A stretch of DNA of 63,740 bases, filler included, from Octopus bimaculoides (Eukaryota), in NCBI RefSeq assembly GCF_001194135.2. It is 7 parts of 7 records of this genome, joined end to end, with 100 filler letters (N's around TTAATTAATTAA, not from the genome) between each part and the next. Parts side by side here need not be neighbours in the genome. Positions count along the whole stretch, not along the records: positions 37,539 to 60,554 come from NC_068984.1; positions 60,655 to 62,433 come from NW_026346127.1; 5 more parts are not named here. One strand, 5' to 3'. Made by a program: the position numbers and the translations under genes. How positions within the stretch are numbered: the first letter of the stretch is position 1; each line of letters begins with the position of its first letter. The notes under the pieces were generated by a model that worked only from the letters and a program-made list of their open reading frames with translations, ran no database searches and had not been told where the DNA came from. Positions 48,873 through 61,560 of the stretch are shown in pieces.

Positions 48873-49085
48873 AAGGCGGCGAGCTGGCAGAAAAGTTAGC
48901 ACGCCAGACGAAATGCTTAGCTGTATTTCATCTGTCTTTATGCTCTGAGTTCAAATTCCGCCGAGGTCGACATTCGCATTTCATCCTTTCGGGGTCGATA
49001 AATTCAGTACCAGTTGAGTACTGAGATCGATATAATCGACTAGCCCCATCCCCAAAAATTTCGAGCCTAGAGTAGAAAAGATTAT
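48873..49085 (+). mobile_element. SINE family C
   Basis: GGCGGCGAGCTGGCAGAAAAGTTAGCACGCC...GAGTTCAAATTCCGCCGAGGTCGAC. Confidence 0.85.
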
Positions 49086-50438
49086 TTTTGCCTAGTGGCC
49101 ATTTACATGATGCAATGTTGTACGTGTGTGTACGCAAATTACGATAACAAAAATAGATATTTTTCTAAAAGCAGGGGTTTTTTGTTGTTGTTTTTTCTTT
49201 TAGACTGCATAGATAGCCTTACAAGTTGTCGAGAATTCTCTCTGTGGAAATGTCGTTAAAATGAATTATTCTTCTATGCAGTTTCACTCAGTAAATCCAA
49301 ATAATCTTTACGAGTGATAACAAAACACGTTTAAACAGTTCGGCCGCAAATAATTATTACAACAATATAAACAACAGCAACAACGACAATAATAACCATA
49401 ATAATAATATCATCATCATCTTCATCATCTTCATCATCATCGCCATTATCTTCATTATTCTTATTATTGATTGAGAGCTCAGCGCTTGTCATCAAAGTGA
49501 TGCTGGGGTACAAATATATGAAGCTCAATATACACATCATGACTACCAATCTGATAAGAACACACTTGACACATATATCACAACCATATGAGCATGACAT
49601 GATGATCTCATATCAAAATAAACATGACCTTGCTTGGGGTCGGCTCAGTTAGAATTTTTCTTCGGGTCCAGTAGCCCATCCCATTCNNNNNNNNNNNNNN
49701 NNNNNNNNNNNNNNNNNNNNNNNNNNNNNNNNNNNNNNNNNNNNNNNNNNNNNNNNNNNNNNNNNNNNNNNNNNNNNNNNNNNNNNNNNNNNNATCATGA
49801 CTACCAATCTGATAAGAACACACTTGACACATATATCACAACCATACGAGCATGACATGATGATCTCATATCAAAATAAACATGACCTTGCGTGGGGTCG
49901 GCTCAGTTAGAATTTTTCTTCGGGTCCAGTAGCCCATCCCATTCAAAAGATCTTTTAATAAGGGTTGTTTTAAGATGATGAACGAACCTCCTATGTTTCC
50001 AGAGGTGAATTATTCGAACCCCAAAGAATTCCTCGCAACACATGGCTATGATGCACCACCACTACTTCTACTTGTGGTCAGAAATTCACATATTGTCAGC
50101 CACTAGGGGACATGTTCTACTGGTTATGGTCAAGCAACTGACAAACAAATTTTTAGTATTAAGCAGAATATTTGTTGTAGCCCATCTTTTATACCAAGAC
50201 AAAACATGTACATCGACCCTAATACATGACAGGTACTTTATTTTATCGACCCCGAAAGGATGATAGGCAGAATTTGACTTCGACGGAATTTGAACTTAAA
50301 ACGTAAATGTTCGAAAAACGTCGCTAAGCAGTCAAATGCGCTAACGTTTCTACTAGCTCACCGCCATAATAACAATAATAGTGATGATGATGTTGAAGGT
50401 GGGGGTTATTATTGTTATTATTATAATTATAACTATTA

Positions 50439-50475
<37 letters not shown>

Positions 50476-50483
50476 CATTATTA

Positions 50484-50516
<33 letters not shown>

Positions 50517-50519
50517 GTT

Positions 50520-52430
50520 TGACTTTTGCTTTGTACTTGTACAAGTTGACTCCAAGTCTCACCCAGGGACCTCAAGAGACAAATTAGAAGTTCATGTTCG
50601 TGTTATGCCTAGGGTGTCATATATTTGGTTTGGCACATAGTATTGTTCTAGAGAATGTTTAAGAAAACATAAGAAAATTATGAATTTGTTTTAAAATTTG
50701 AGATTATATAGACAGAATTTTACATAGGATATGGGCAGTTCCATGAGCACTATCTTTTGAATTTATGCCATTTTGGGGTTTCCCGGTATCTGAGCTTAGC
50801 AATCAGCCCCTTTTTCTATCATTCCTAGGACAGACAATTTCTATTTCAAGATCTCTATACTTGCTCAGTTTTTGGTAGGTCTTGAAAGACACATTTATAT
50901 CGATTGGGACAGTCATATCAATAAGGAGGAATGATTTTTGTCTGAAGTCTTTCAATATAATGTCTGGCCTATTGGCATCTATCTTTCTGTCAGTTTGAAT
51001 GGTGAAGTTCCAGAGGAGTGAGATGTGATTATTTCCAAGCACTGGATTGGGTTTGTGTTTCCACCAATTTTTATCATTTGCAAATTACCCAGTGAATATA
51101 TTGTGTTGAGGTACTCTGTAGGCGCAATAAGACTGCAAATGGAGGCAACATGATCGATGGTTTTATTTTCAGGTTATTTTAGTTTGATAGTCTTATCAAA
51201 CTTAGGGTTTTTTAAACATTCTATGTCAGACCTAACTAGCTGAACTTGGTGTTGAATACGTTCTTGCCGAGTAGGCTGTTTGTGGGAATGTTGTCGTTTT
51301 CTAATCTTTTCACAACATAGAATCGTTGAGATTTTCGCGGATGCATAGTACAGGTGGTTGAGATCTGTGTACAGGTGGTTGAGATCAACATCATTAGCTG
51401 AAATTATATCCTTAAGTACAAGGCGGATTTTATCAATTATGTTCAGGTTTTGTTTAGAATTGCGAATTTTTGGGAGAGTGTCGCGTTCATTCATACTGTT
51501 TTGTTTCTTTTTATTTTCTGCCATTCAATCATGATTTTATTTTTTAGATCATGCAGTTCTGTTGCGTCAGTTTCTGTGTGACTTTCTTCATCTATTTGAT
51601 TTTCATCTGCCTTAGTGTTTATGGTTAGTTCAGAGAGTATTTCAATTTGCTTATCAGTTACATTAACTCTTTCGATTATTATTGCATTTTCATCAGCCCT
51701 AGGTTGGTCTATAATTATTTCCTCTGTAGTATCTTCTTTAGCTGCAGCCAGCTTCGTTCCTTTTATCCCTTACTGGTTGTTTAATTTGGTCAATCCAGTT
51801 AGCAATTTCTTTTTCATAATGTTTCTTCTGGCGTTGATAAGTTTGTTTCTGTTTATGTAGGGTCTTACTTCAAGGTGCTTCTGTCTCCAGCTTAAGTATG
51901 TTTGTACAGTATTACATTTATTTGTGGGGAAATATATGGCATGATAGAAGGACGTAAGAATCTCTTTATTATCTCCCCTAGAACATATTTCATTTTTTTT
52001 CCTTTGGCTATTTGATGACTAGCATGGATGGCCATCTGTTGGAATATCCCGGTTGTGGGGTACTTCCAGCTCCTGTGTTTAGGGCAGATTTGAATGAGTA
52101 GCTGATTTTTCGTATAGAATCTCGTTCATCATTCGAGTACATGGTCTTTAGTGTATCGGGTGACGACCAATTCGGTTTGTATTTTGAGGCATGACGAGCT
52201 TGGACGTTGACATTAGGGGACGGATTTGTTTATTTAGGGTTAATTTTTTGAGACAACACCGTCTCCGAGTTTTCTGCATGTAAACATTGCTCGTAACGTA
52301 GCTTCTTCAGGCTAACAGATCTGTATTCGTCTGTATTTTTCATTTTTTTTCTTTTGTTGATTGCTTTATCTCCAGGCATAGGATTTTTTATGTGATTTTA
52401 AACTTATGAATTGTTCATTCTGTCTGAGTT
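50520..52430 (-). mobile_element. RLE-type non-LTR element (R4/Dong/HERO-like) lacking the whole RT domain
   Basis: The ORF N-terminal region (51174-52200) joins at ~51170 to ENKTIDHVASICSLIAPTEY and DANRPDIILKD..LIDMTVPIDINVS..QKLSKYRDLEIEI; 3' UTR; (AAT)n tail at ~50405-50515. Confidence 0.85.
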
Positions 52431-53492
52431 AGTTGGAAAAATAAAAAATAGTTTTGTTTTGTTTTGTATTTATTTTTGCTTCGCTTGTGACGTGTTTTCA
52501 TATGCGTGTATGTGTGTCTTGTAAATTTCACGTAGTTGTGTAAACATTGGGATGTATGTGTAGTCCTATGGGTATTACAATATATATATGGTTGTGTAGA
52601 CATTAGAGTGTATGTGTAATTGCTCAATCTATGTACTTACTGTTTTGTTCCATTTATATTTTATAATATGTAAACTTTCCGGTGCTGATTTCGCATGTGC
52701 ATTTCGCACATATTTCACTGAGACATCGTGCATAGAAGAAATTGTGCTTTGTATGGCAATAAAATTTCGGTAGAACGGAGTTTCACAAAATTTGTCAGAA
52801 ATACTTATTGGGTGAGTGACTTGAACTCATTAAATTCTGGTTTGGTGAATCAAAATGTGCTTTTTTTTTTCTTCGTTACATATGCATAAACGATAAGGAG
52901 GGGAAATAACTCTTCATGTAATCTTAAAGTATGAATTTGTTTGAGATTATTAAATTAAATTTTCTTTTATCCTTGTGTGTGCGCATATTATCCATCACCC
53001 CACCGTTGCCTCGTTTTTAATCTTTTTTTGTTTTCATTTGTTAATGTGACAATGTCAGCTGTGTTTTCTTCTACAATTAATTCTATTTTCTTTATAATTC
53101 TCTTGTAATCTGCTTTATTACTTCCAAAATATTCTCCAAACACTTTCTTGAGGAAGTATCTATCCTCTGCTATAATGCTTCTGATTAGCCCATAATTGAC
53201 TTAATTCGTACTATCCGATTAATTTTGTCTAAGATGTTGAACAATATTACAACGAAATACTAAGAGAAGTTATTTCACTACCAAATCCACTCACCTTCAC
53301 GACTTCTTTTATAATCATCACTAAATGCCCACCGCTACTACCCTCACTTAATTTCTGTTTTTTTTGTTTTTTTTTCATTTTTATTTCTTTTTCTATCATA
53401 CTATTGCACTCAACACTGGTATTATTTGTACCTAAATTTTTTTTTACTTTATCCTACTTCCTTGTCTTAACGTGTTTTTTTTTCTTTTCTAA

Positions 53493-53680
53493 GGCAGCGA
53501 GCTATCAGAATCGTTATCGTGACGCACAAAATTCTTACTAGCATTTTGTCCGTCTTTACGTTCTGTGTTCAAATTCCGCGCCGAGGCTCACTTCCCCTTT
53601 CATCTTTTCGGGGTCAATGCAATCAACTTACACCCTCCCCGAAATTGCTGGCCTTGTGCCAAAATTTGAACCTGCTATAT
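53493..53680 (+). mobile_element. SINE family C, diverged
   Basis: GGCAGCGAGCTATCAGAATCGTTA...GTTCAAATTCC...TCATCTTTTCGGGGTC. Confidence 0.7.
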
Positions 53681-54158
53681 CTTACATTTCTACCATTTTG
53701 TTTGTTTCTTTATTTCCTTCTCTTTATTCTTCCCTATTTTCCTCTCCCCTCCTCTCTACCCTTTTCATTATTCTTGTTCCCTGCACATGTATATTTATGT
53801 GCATACATATATGCGTGTGTGTGTGACACAGAGAGAGAGATAGACAGATAGAGAGAGTATGTGAGTGTGTGATGTGCACGTGTAACCATACACGTTTTGA
53901 TAAGCATTTTGAGACTTCTCTGGTACCAAAGACGTCCTAAGTTTTTCAATCAGACTTCAAAAGACAAAGGACACTTCACCGGCTTTAATGTCGGAGTGTT
54001 ATTCTTATTTTAAATTTCGGCTGCAAAAAGATTCTGGTCTTGATTTTGGCACCAAAGAAGTAAAAACAATTTTTAGAATTGCTTATTCGTCTTTATGATA
54101 TTGAATACTCAGTCTTTCAGTTCGATACATACATGCATACATACATAAATACATACAA

Positions 54159-54220
<62 letters not shown>

Positions 54221-54472
54221 ATATACAAACACACACACACACACACACACAAGCATGTGGAGAGTTGTAGTCAATTCAAATAAACAGACATTTCAAATAA
54301 ACGGATAAAAAACGAAAAAAACAAAACGAAGAATGAACGTGAGGGCGTGCAGAAAACGTATATTAGCTTGACACTCGGTGAAATGGGAGAGCTTAACATT
54401 TCGAGCATAGCTCTTCGTCGGAAAAGAGAAATGGAAAATTCCAAAGAAGGAGGATATATATATATATATATA

Positions 54473-55144
54473 CACGAGGATAAGTAAAAAAAAATTATCC
54501 TCATTTTCGCCATAATATATCCTTATCATCGTCACACTGCCTTCTGCGCATACGTGCTGATAGTTGTGCTATTGTGGTCATGTGATCAAAGTTTGTGTCT
54601 GAACGCGCTATTTTTCTTTCTGGCTTTACAGCGTAAGCACGACCGCTCCACTGGCAATATGCACCAAAGAAGAACAAAGAGCAGTGATCCGAGAGATAGT
54701 AATGGTGAACCGATTCACCATTACCATCTCTCCAGCTTGCTGAATCTTCTTGTCAGTGATGGAGGTTGACAGGCGTCCAGCTCCCTCTTTCTTCGTCACG
54801 CTTGTCTGGCCACTTTTAAACTTCCCGATCCGCTCATACACACTTCTACGTGGTAGTGCACTATCCCCATATTGTGCTAAAGGCCTCCGATGAATTTCAG
54901 CTCTTGACACATCTTTCGACCAGAGAATTCGGATCACGGCTCTTTGTTCTTCTTCACATTGTTAGTGGAGCGGCCATTATGCTTACACTGTAAAGCCAGA
55001 TAGAAAAATGGCGCGATCAGGCTCAAACTTTGATCACATGAGCACAATAGTACCAACTATAAGCAGGCAAGTGCAGAAAACAGTGACAATAATAAAGATA
55101 TATTATAGCGAAAGTGTGGATAATTATTTTTACTTATCCTCGTG
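54473..55144 (-). mobile_element. Mariner 5' end (TIR, 5' UTR, transposase HTH fragment) duplicated head-to-head
   Basis: TA|CACGAGGATAAGTAAAAA at both ends; RAVIRILWSKDVSRAEIHRRPLAQYGDSALPRRSVYERIGKFKSGQTSVTKKEGAGRLST is the mariner N-terminus. Confidence 0.85.
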
Positions 55145-55197
55145 TATATATATAAATATATATATATATCCTCCTTCTTTGGAATATTCCATTTCTC

Positions 55198-55232
55198 CTT
55201 TCCGACGAAGAGCTATGCTCGAAATGTTAAAC
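55198..55232 (+). ncRNA. Hammerhead-like motif with variant core CCGACGA (mirror copy at 54391-54425 on the minus strand)
   Basis: UUU-CCGACGA-A-GAGC(UAU)GCUC-GAAAU-GUU-AAA. Confidence 0.45.
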
Positions 55233-55566
55233 TCTCCCATTTCACCGAGTGTCAAGCTAATATACGTTTTCTGCACGCCCTCACGTTCATTCTTCGTTAT
55301 TTTTTTGTTTTTGTTTTTTCGTTTTATCCGTTTACTTGAAATGTTTGTTCATTTGAATTGACTACAAATCTCCACAAATTTTATATTTTTAAAATTTCTG
55401 GATACTGCTGTCTTATGATGTTTTGCTATCTTGTCGTTAAAAGCACGAAATAGGGAGTAGTAAAACAGTCGGCAACTGACGAGCGAGTTATCTTCATTTG
55501 GTATGTTGTCCTGTACTTATCTGTGTGTTTACGTAGTTTTCACTCTCGCTGGAGATACTTAGTGTG

Positions 55567-55626
<60 letters not shown>

Positions 55627-56967
55627 GCATGCGTGCATGGATGTGTGTGTATGTGTATATGTATGTGTGTATGAATATGTATAACAAACTACTTCAAATT
55701 GTTGTTCGAGTATCCGCATCGGTGAATAACTGATTAATTTGTACAGGCGCCGTGTCGTATAAGTTGTAATAATGAAGTGAAACCAAATAGTCATATTTTG
55801 AAATCATTTTATACGTTCGTTTCAAGTCTGTGTAATATATGATGGGTAATGCATGAAGAACTTATGTAATGGATGCATTTACTATTGTTTAACACATGAG
55901 TTTAAGGGATTTACCTCAGATAATCCCATAGTTTCATGCTTTCTAATGGTACGTATACATTAAGTAGGATACGCAGTTGGTGATTTTGACTTAATATTGT
56001 TTCAATATATATATATATATCTGTAAATATACATGCATTTACTGGGGACATATGAACAACAGTGACCATTAAGTATGTAGCGTGAAAAATAGCTACATTA
56101 GTTTAAATACTATTTTTTTTTAATTATTTCACCATTTACAAGTTAGAGATTCACACCTGATTAGATCTTGTTAAACTCCTGTTTGCAAAGTACATATTAC
56201 ATATTATACCAACTTGCCAATTTAGAGCTGAAAGAACCACTAAGTATTTGGTAGAATACTGTAGGCACATTCATTCATGCTCAAGTAATTTTCTGTTGCT
56301 TTAATAATTTCGTCAGGTCTTCATAAAAACTTATCTGGATATAAAACTATTAACGTAAAATTATAAATAATTCTAGACATGTTATTTTCTTAAATATTAT
56401 CACGCTGTTTTATCTAGTAACGCAATTGGAAACTTAAGAAACAAGAGTAAAGCATACGATCTCCTCAGGTGTTATATTAACTAAGAAGCCGAGGAATATG
56501 GATTCGGTAGTTATAAAGACGGAAACGTAGGTTTCTTTTTAGTTTTCTTTCAAGTTTCTTTCTTTTTGTCTCTTTTTAATACTAATTTAGTCTGAAAACA
56601 TTAATTTCTGCATTTTTCCCTTTAGTTTACCACTCACTGCGGTAACGAATTTATCTGGTCTTTTCATTTTCATCTGGTTTTGTTTTGTTTTGTTTTTCTT
56701 TGTTTTTCGTTTTTTCTTGTTTATTTTACGTGTTTGTTTTCTTGATATTTGTTCTTGTTTTGTTGTTGTTTTCAATATCTTCTATTTTCGTAAACATCGT
56801 GAACGTTAATGCATAGACATATGTAGTTGACAGTTATACAAATTTTTCCTTTTAGTGTTTATATGTGTATATATTGAAAAGAATATGTTTATTATCATAA
56901 TGGTCAGCTCGTTAAAACATTATATATACATATATATAATAAGAAATAAATGCATATGTATATGTGT

Positions 56968-57026
<59 letters not shown>

Positions 57027-57744
57027 CCATGTAGGTTAGGTGAGATCTGATAACGTGAGAATTGTATGTAACGATGTAGTTAGTAATTATTGGTAACCAT
57101 ATAGACCAATTCAACTTGAGCTTGGCTGAATGTTCACTGACTAAACTGACAATACTACCAAGTGATGGTGAGTTTTGGACCCATTGCAGAATATATAAAA
57201 AACGAAACCTGTCAAAGTTTGTATGAACTCTAGAGTTCTAACAGTGTGTATATATGCATATGTATATGTACGGGTATTCGTATGTATATGTGAATGCACA
57301 TTATAGAAAGATGTTTTCATTTGAAACCTATGATGTTTAGTCTCAAGTCATCTTACTTTTTTTCTTTACCCCGGTTTAACAGCTTCGAACACTAAGTAGG
57401 TATCAATCGTATCACATAAGATTCTGTCAGTATAAAATTTAATGTGCTTGTAATTTTTGTGTCTTTTTCTTTTTTGTTTTTCAAGCACGACTTACAACCA
57501 CAAACAAGTACTAAATCTTTTGTTGCAGCCATCGCAGTATAACGGGCAGCGCTTCCATAAATCGTTTTCCGTTCGTAATAGCACAAAAGGTATACAATAG
57601 GCAGATGTACTTGCGATTCTCTGATTGCTGATATCAATGACCATAACTACTGCTATAACACTATATGATGTCCATTAAAATTTTTTATGTTTGTTACGCA
57701 AAAAGATTTGATAAATGAATCTGCTTATAGGGCTTTTTCTTACA

Positions 57745-57950
57745 TTGCTCCAGTCCACTGAGCTGGCAAAAATTAATAATACTTGTAATTCAAAAGGGCT
57801 AGCCTTGTTACTTCTTCTGTCAAACTGAATCTCTCTGAGAACTATGTTAAGAGTATGCGTGTCAGTGGAGTGTTCAGCCACTTGCACATTAATTTCACGA
57901 GCAGGCTGTTCCGTTGATCGGATCAACGGAAACACTCGTGTCAGTTTTAG
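57745..57950 (+). mobile_element. SINE family A, 3' body
   Basis: AATTCAAAAGGGCTAGCCTTGT...GCTGTTCCGTTGATCGGATCAAC. Confidence 0.75.
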
Positions 57951-57999
57951 TCTATTCCGATCATCTCGTTATGATGAACCGTTGAACTTTGCACATTTT

Positions 58000-58150
58000 T
58001 TTTCTCTCTCCGTTCTCCCACCCACTTAATCCTTTCTGTCGAAGAGCGTAGGCTCAAAACGTAAAAGACTTTTCCATTCTTCCCGAGAGTTAAACTAATG
58101 CGCCTGTGTTCTGTTCCTACACCTGTCTTCGTCTTTTGTTTTCTGTAAAT
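58000..58150 (+). mobile_element. Penelope pseudo-LTR fragment with hammerhead-like motif (58033-58068), same family as 10430-10531
   Basis: CTTAATCCTTTCTGTCGAAGAGCGTAGGCTCAAAACGTAAAAGACT; GAAA mutated to AAAA. Confidence 0.75.
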
Positions 58151-58605
58151 GTGTACTATATATACATATATACTGTATGTATGTATGTATGTATGTATGT
58201 ATGTATGTATGTATGTATGTATGTATGTATGTTGACACACACAAACACACACACACACACACATACACACACACACATATACATATATATATCGAGAGAA
58301 AGAGAAAGCTGGAGTGGTGATCGTCGTTCGACAATGAGGATTGAGCTGTTCGATCAACTGAGTTACCTGCTCATGAATTCATTTAAAAGTGGCTGAGGAT
58401 TCCACAGACATGTGGCGCCTCATCGTAGTTCTCAGCCAGAGTCAGCAGACCACATTGTGTTGCCAGAATGTATCTTTTCATTACAAACACAATCCATGTA
58501 GTAGGTATCTAAACAGTTTCTATCCACCAGACGGTGCGGAGGCTATGAAAAATTTTAATAATTGACCGAGATGCCACAAAGTAGGTCGTGAAGTGAAAAT
58601 CTTAA

Positions 58606-58737
58606 GCATTTGCCCCCGGCTGCGAGGTAAGACGCTTACTTCCCAACCACAATGTTTCGGGTTCATCCCCACTGCGTGGCACCTTAAGCAAGTGTGAGTG
58701 GATTTGGTAGACGAAAACTGAAAGAAGTCCGTCGTTT
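58606..58737 (+). mobile_element. SINE family B with internal deletion
   Basis: GGTTCATCCCCACTGCGTGGCACCTTAAGCAAGTGTGAGTGGATTTGGTAGACGAAAACTG. Confidence 0.75.
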
Positions 58738-58951
58738 ATATATACATATATATANNNNNNNNNNNNNNNNNNNNNNNNNNNNNNNNNNNNNNNNNNNNNN
58801 NNNNNNNNNNNNNNNNNNNNNNNNNNNNNNNNNNNNNNNNNNNNNNNNNNNNNNNNNNNNNNNNNNNNNNNNNNNNNNNNNNNNNNNNNNNNNNNNNNNN
58901 NNNNNNNNNNNNNNNNNNNNNNNNNNNNNNNNNNNNNNNNNNNNNNNNNNN

Positions 58952-58998
<47 letters not shown>

Positions 58999-59223
58999 GT
59001 ATATATAGGCCTGTGTGCAAAACGTTTCTTCAGAAAAATTCTTTTCTTAACGGGGGTATGTTATCCGAGAGTTTTGCGCTATTATCGATTGATAATTCTA
59101 GTTATCGTTCGTGTTCTTATGTGTTAATGTTTGTGGTTGGTTAGTTTGACCATTATTTGTACTTTCCACTTTCGAAAATCCTGTTCTATCTATAGAAACT
59201 TCATTCTTTTCGATATATGAGAA

Positions 59224-59505
59224 ATAATTAATAGTTTAAAGAAAATAGTGAATACACATAGAATATTCACTTTTTAATCTGAATATAGGAACAAAAGTTT
59301 TACCATTCAGTTGGAATAATTCTCCACATTCGAGAGAAACGAAAAATAGCATTTGAAATGTCACAAGAATCCATTGTTTGTTTATTGTATCATAAGCAAG
59401 TATGGACGCTAACAACTGACTGGAAAAGAACTTAATATGACTGCACAATGATTAAAAAGTGAATATTCTGTGTGTATTCACTGTTTTCTAAAAACTATTA
59501 ATTAT
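59224..59505. mobile_element. MITE-like element with ~56-bp TIRs
   Basis: 59224-59279 is the reverse complement of 59450-59505 with few mismatches; AT-rich ends. Confidence 0.75.
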
Positions 59506-59966
59506 ATATGTATGCATGTATGTATGTATGTATGTATACGTATGAATATGTATGTACCTGTGTGTGTGTGTGTCTGTGTCTGTGTTTGTCCCCTCATCGC
59601 CGTTTGACATCCGGTGTTTGTGTGTTTACGTCCCTGTAACTTAATGGTTCAGCAGGAGAACCGGTAGAGTAAGTACTAAGCTTAAGAAATAAGTACTGGT
59701 GTCAATTTCTTCGACTAAAATCCCTTTCAAGGTCTTGCTCCAGCATGGCCGAAGTCAAATGACTGAAACAACTAAAAGAATAAAATAATACTACACATAA
59801 ACACGCGCGTGCGCATACACGGACAGACAGACAGATGCACACACGCATACACACATACACAAACGCACGCTCACAAACACATGTAAAGGAAAAGATATAG
59901 AGAGCCTCTAGGACAGGATAATTATTATTAGCATAACTCAGATGGTTATATATATATATATATATA

Positions 59967-60554
59967 CAGGGTTGGACAAAATAATGGAAACACCTTAAAA
60001 TTTCAGGCAAATTTATTTTAATATGGGGTATAACCGCTTTTGGCAGTAATTACAGCTTCAATTCTACGAGGTATTGACTCGTACAAAGTTTGAATTGTTT
60101 CCAAAGGAATTTTTGTCTATTCTTCAGCTAAAACAGTTTCCAGTTTTTGTAGTGATGATGGTAGAGGATATCGACTCCCTACTTGTTTTTTCTAAAATGC
60201 ACCATAAATGTTCAATAATATTGAGATCTGGGACTGTGGTGACCAGATAAGATGTTCAACTTCACTAGAATGTCCCTTGTGCCATTCAGTAACAACTTTA
60301 GCCATGTGAATTGGTGTATTATCATCCTGGAAGATTGTGGTTCCCTCCGGAAACAGTTCCGCAACCATAGAATGAATTTGATCAGCTAAAATGCTTAAAT
60401 AGTCTTGACTCTTAAATCTACCATGAAGAGAAATCATTGGGCCGGCGGATGTCCAAGACATAGCCCCACCAGATCATCACAGATCTTCCTCCATGTTTAA
60501 CAGTTGGAAGAAAGCAGTCTGGTTCAATTGCTTCTTTTGGCTGTCTCCACACGT
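59967..60554 (-). mobile_element. Tc1-family transposon right end with transposase C-terminus, cut by a gap
   Basis: TA|CAGGGTTGGACAAAATAATGGAAACAC TIR; PTVKHGGRSVMIW, TIFQDDNTPIHMAKVVTEW, EHLIWSPQS (DDE region). Confidence 0.9.
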
Positions 60555-60679
60555 NNNNNNNNNNNNNNNNNNNNNNNNNNNNNNNNNNNNNNNNNNNNTT
60601 AATTAATTAANNNNNNNNNNNNNNNNNNNNNNNNNNNNNNNNNNNNNNNNNNNNTTTATTATATTCTTTCTTCTGTGTT

Positions 60680-61560
60680 AGTTATAACACAGAAGTTTAA
60701 GACAGAATATCTGTGAGAACTTCTGTTTACTGATGACCTAGTACTAGTATGAAAGAGAAAAGACTTCAGACTGCACTGGTACAGACTTGTGATGAGTACG
60801 AAGGATGAGAGCTGCATGAAGAAGTAATAAGATTTTTTGAAATGGCTGGAACTTGCAGATGAAGGAGAAGTGGAGAAACATGGAAGAAAGCATTGAAAAT
60901 TGATCTCTGAAGGTCCTCAAAGATGACAAAGAACAGTGACAAGTAGCGATACTGTAAAAAACTGTCTGCCCATGGAAGAATGGTAAAATGGTCAGTAAAA
61001 TATGTGGTGATCACTCTTTCATCACTGACAAATAAGTTGAGCCTAGGAAATCCCAGTATCCCAATGGCCAGAGATTTCATGTTGTCAACAATTCTATCTA
61101 TCTTAGCAACAAATTGTCATAAAATTTCATCATTGATAACAGGGTCCAGCACAACATTTGTCAGATTAACACATCAATATCTGAAACACAAGAAATATGA
61201 GCTGAAACTATACAGAACTATGAAAATTTCCATTCTCCTCCAACAGCAAAAATATGAACTGAATAATAATGTTTTACCAAAAGACTAAACTATTTTAATA
61301 GAACTTACCTAAAACATATTTTTAAAGCTAATTGGCAAGACATAATATCAGAATTTGAGCTGTTCTCCCAGCAAGTATCTAGCCACACTGATACAGTAGA
61401 CTCGTGTAGAATGCTTAAGACATGACGTTCGCATGCAGGCTATATTCCTGCCAAAAAGATTTACGTAGCAGGCCAGAAAAGTAATTGAAAAATACAAGGC
61501 ACCACTGAGATTGTCTTTTCATAATTCCTAACATTTAGTAATACAGTCATGACCAGATCA
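60680..61560 (+). mobile_element. Degenerate RTE-type LINE RT relic(s)
   Basis: ELLFTDDLVLV (cf. ELLYADDLVL), VVNNSIYLS (cf. VVDKFTYLGS), PAKKIY..QKS (cf. LPKKIFYGE). Confidence 0.5.

Larger units (their letters stand above)
54256..55376. repeat. 1.1 kb imperfect palindrome (arms 54256-54690 and 54930-55376)
   Basis: Each arm consists of a Penelope pseudo-LTR piece with hammerhead-like motif, (TA)n and a mariner 5' end; 19-bp hairpin at 54691-54732. Confidence 0.9.

Noticed and set aside
49535-49945. ~150-bp direct repeat flanking a gap (similar cases at 983-1090, 40388-40500 and 61635-61745)
   Set aside because: Near-identical sequence on both sides of an N run is typical of unmerged contig overlaps or haplotypes.
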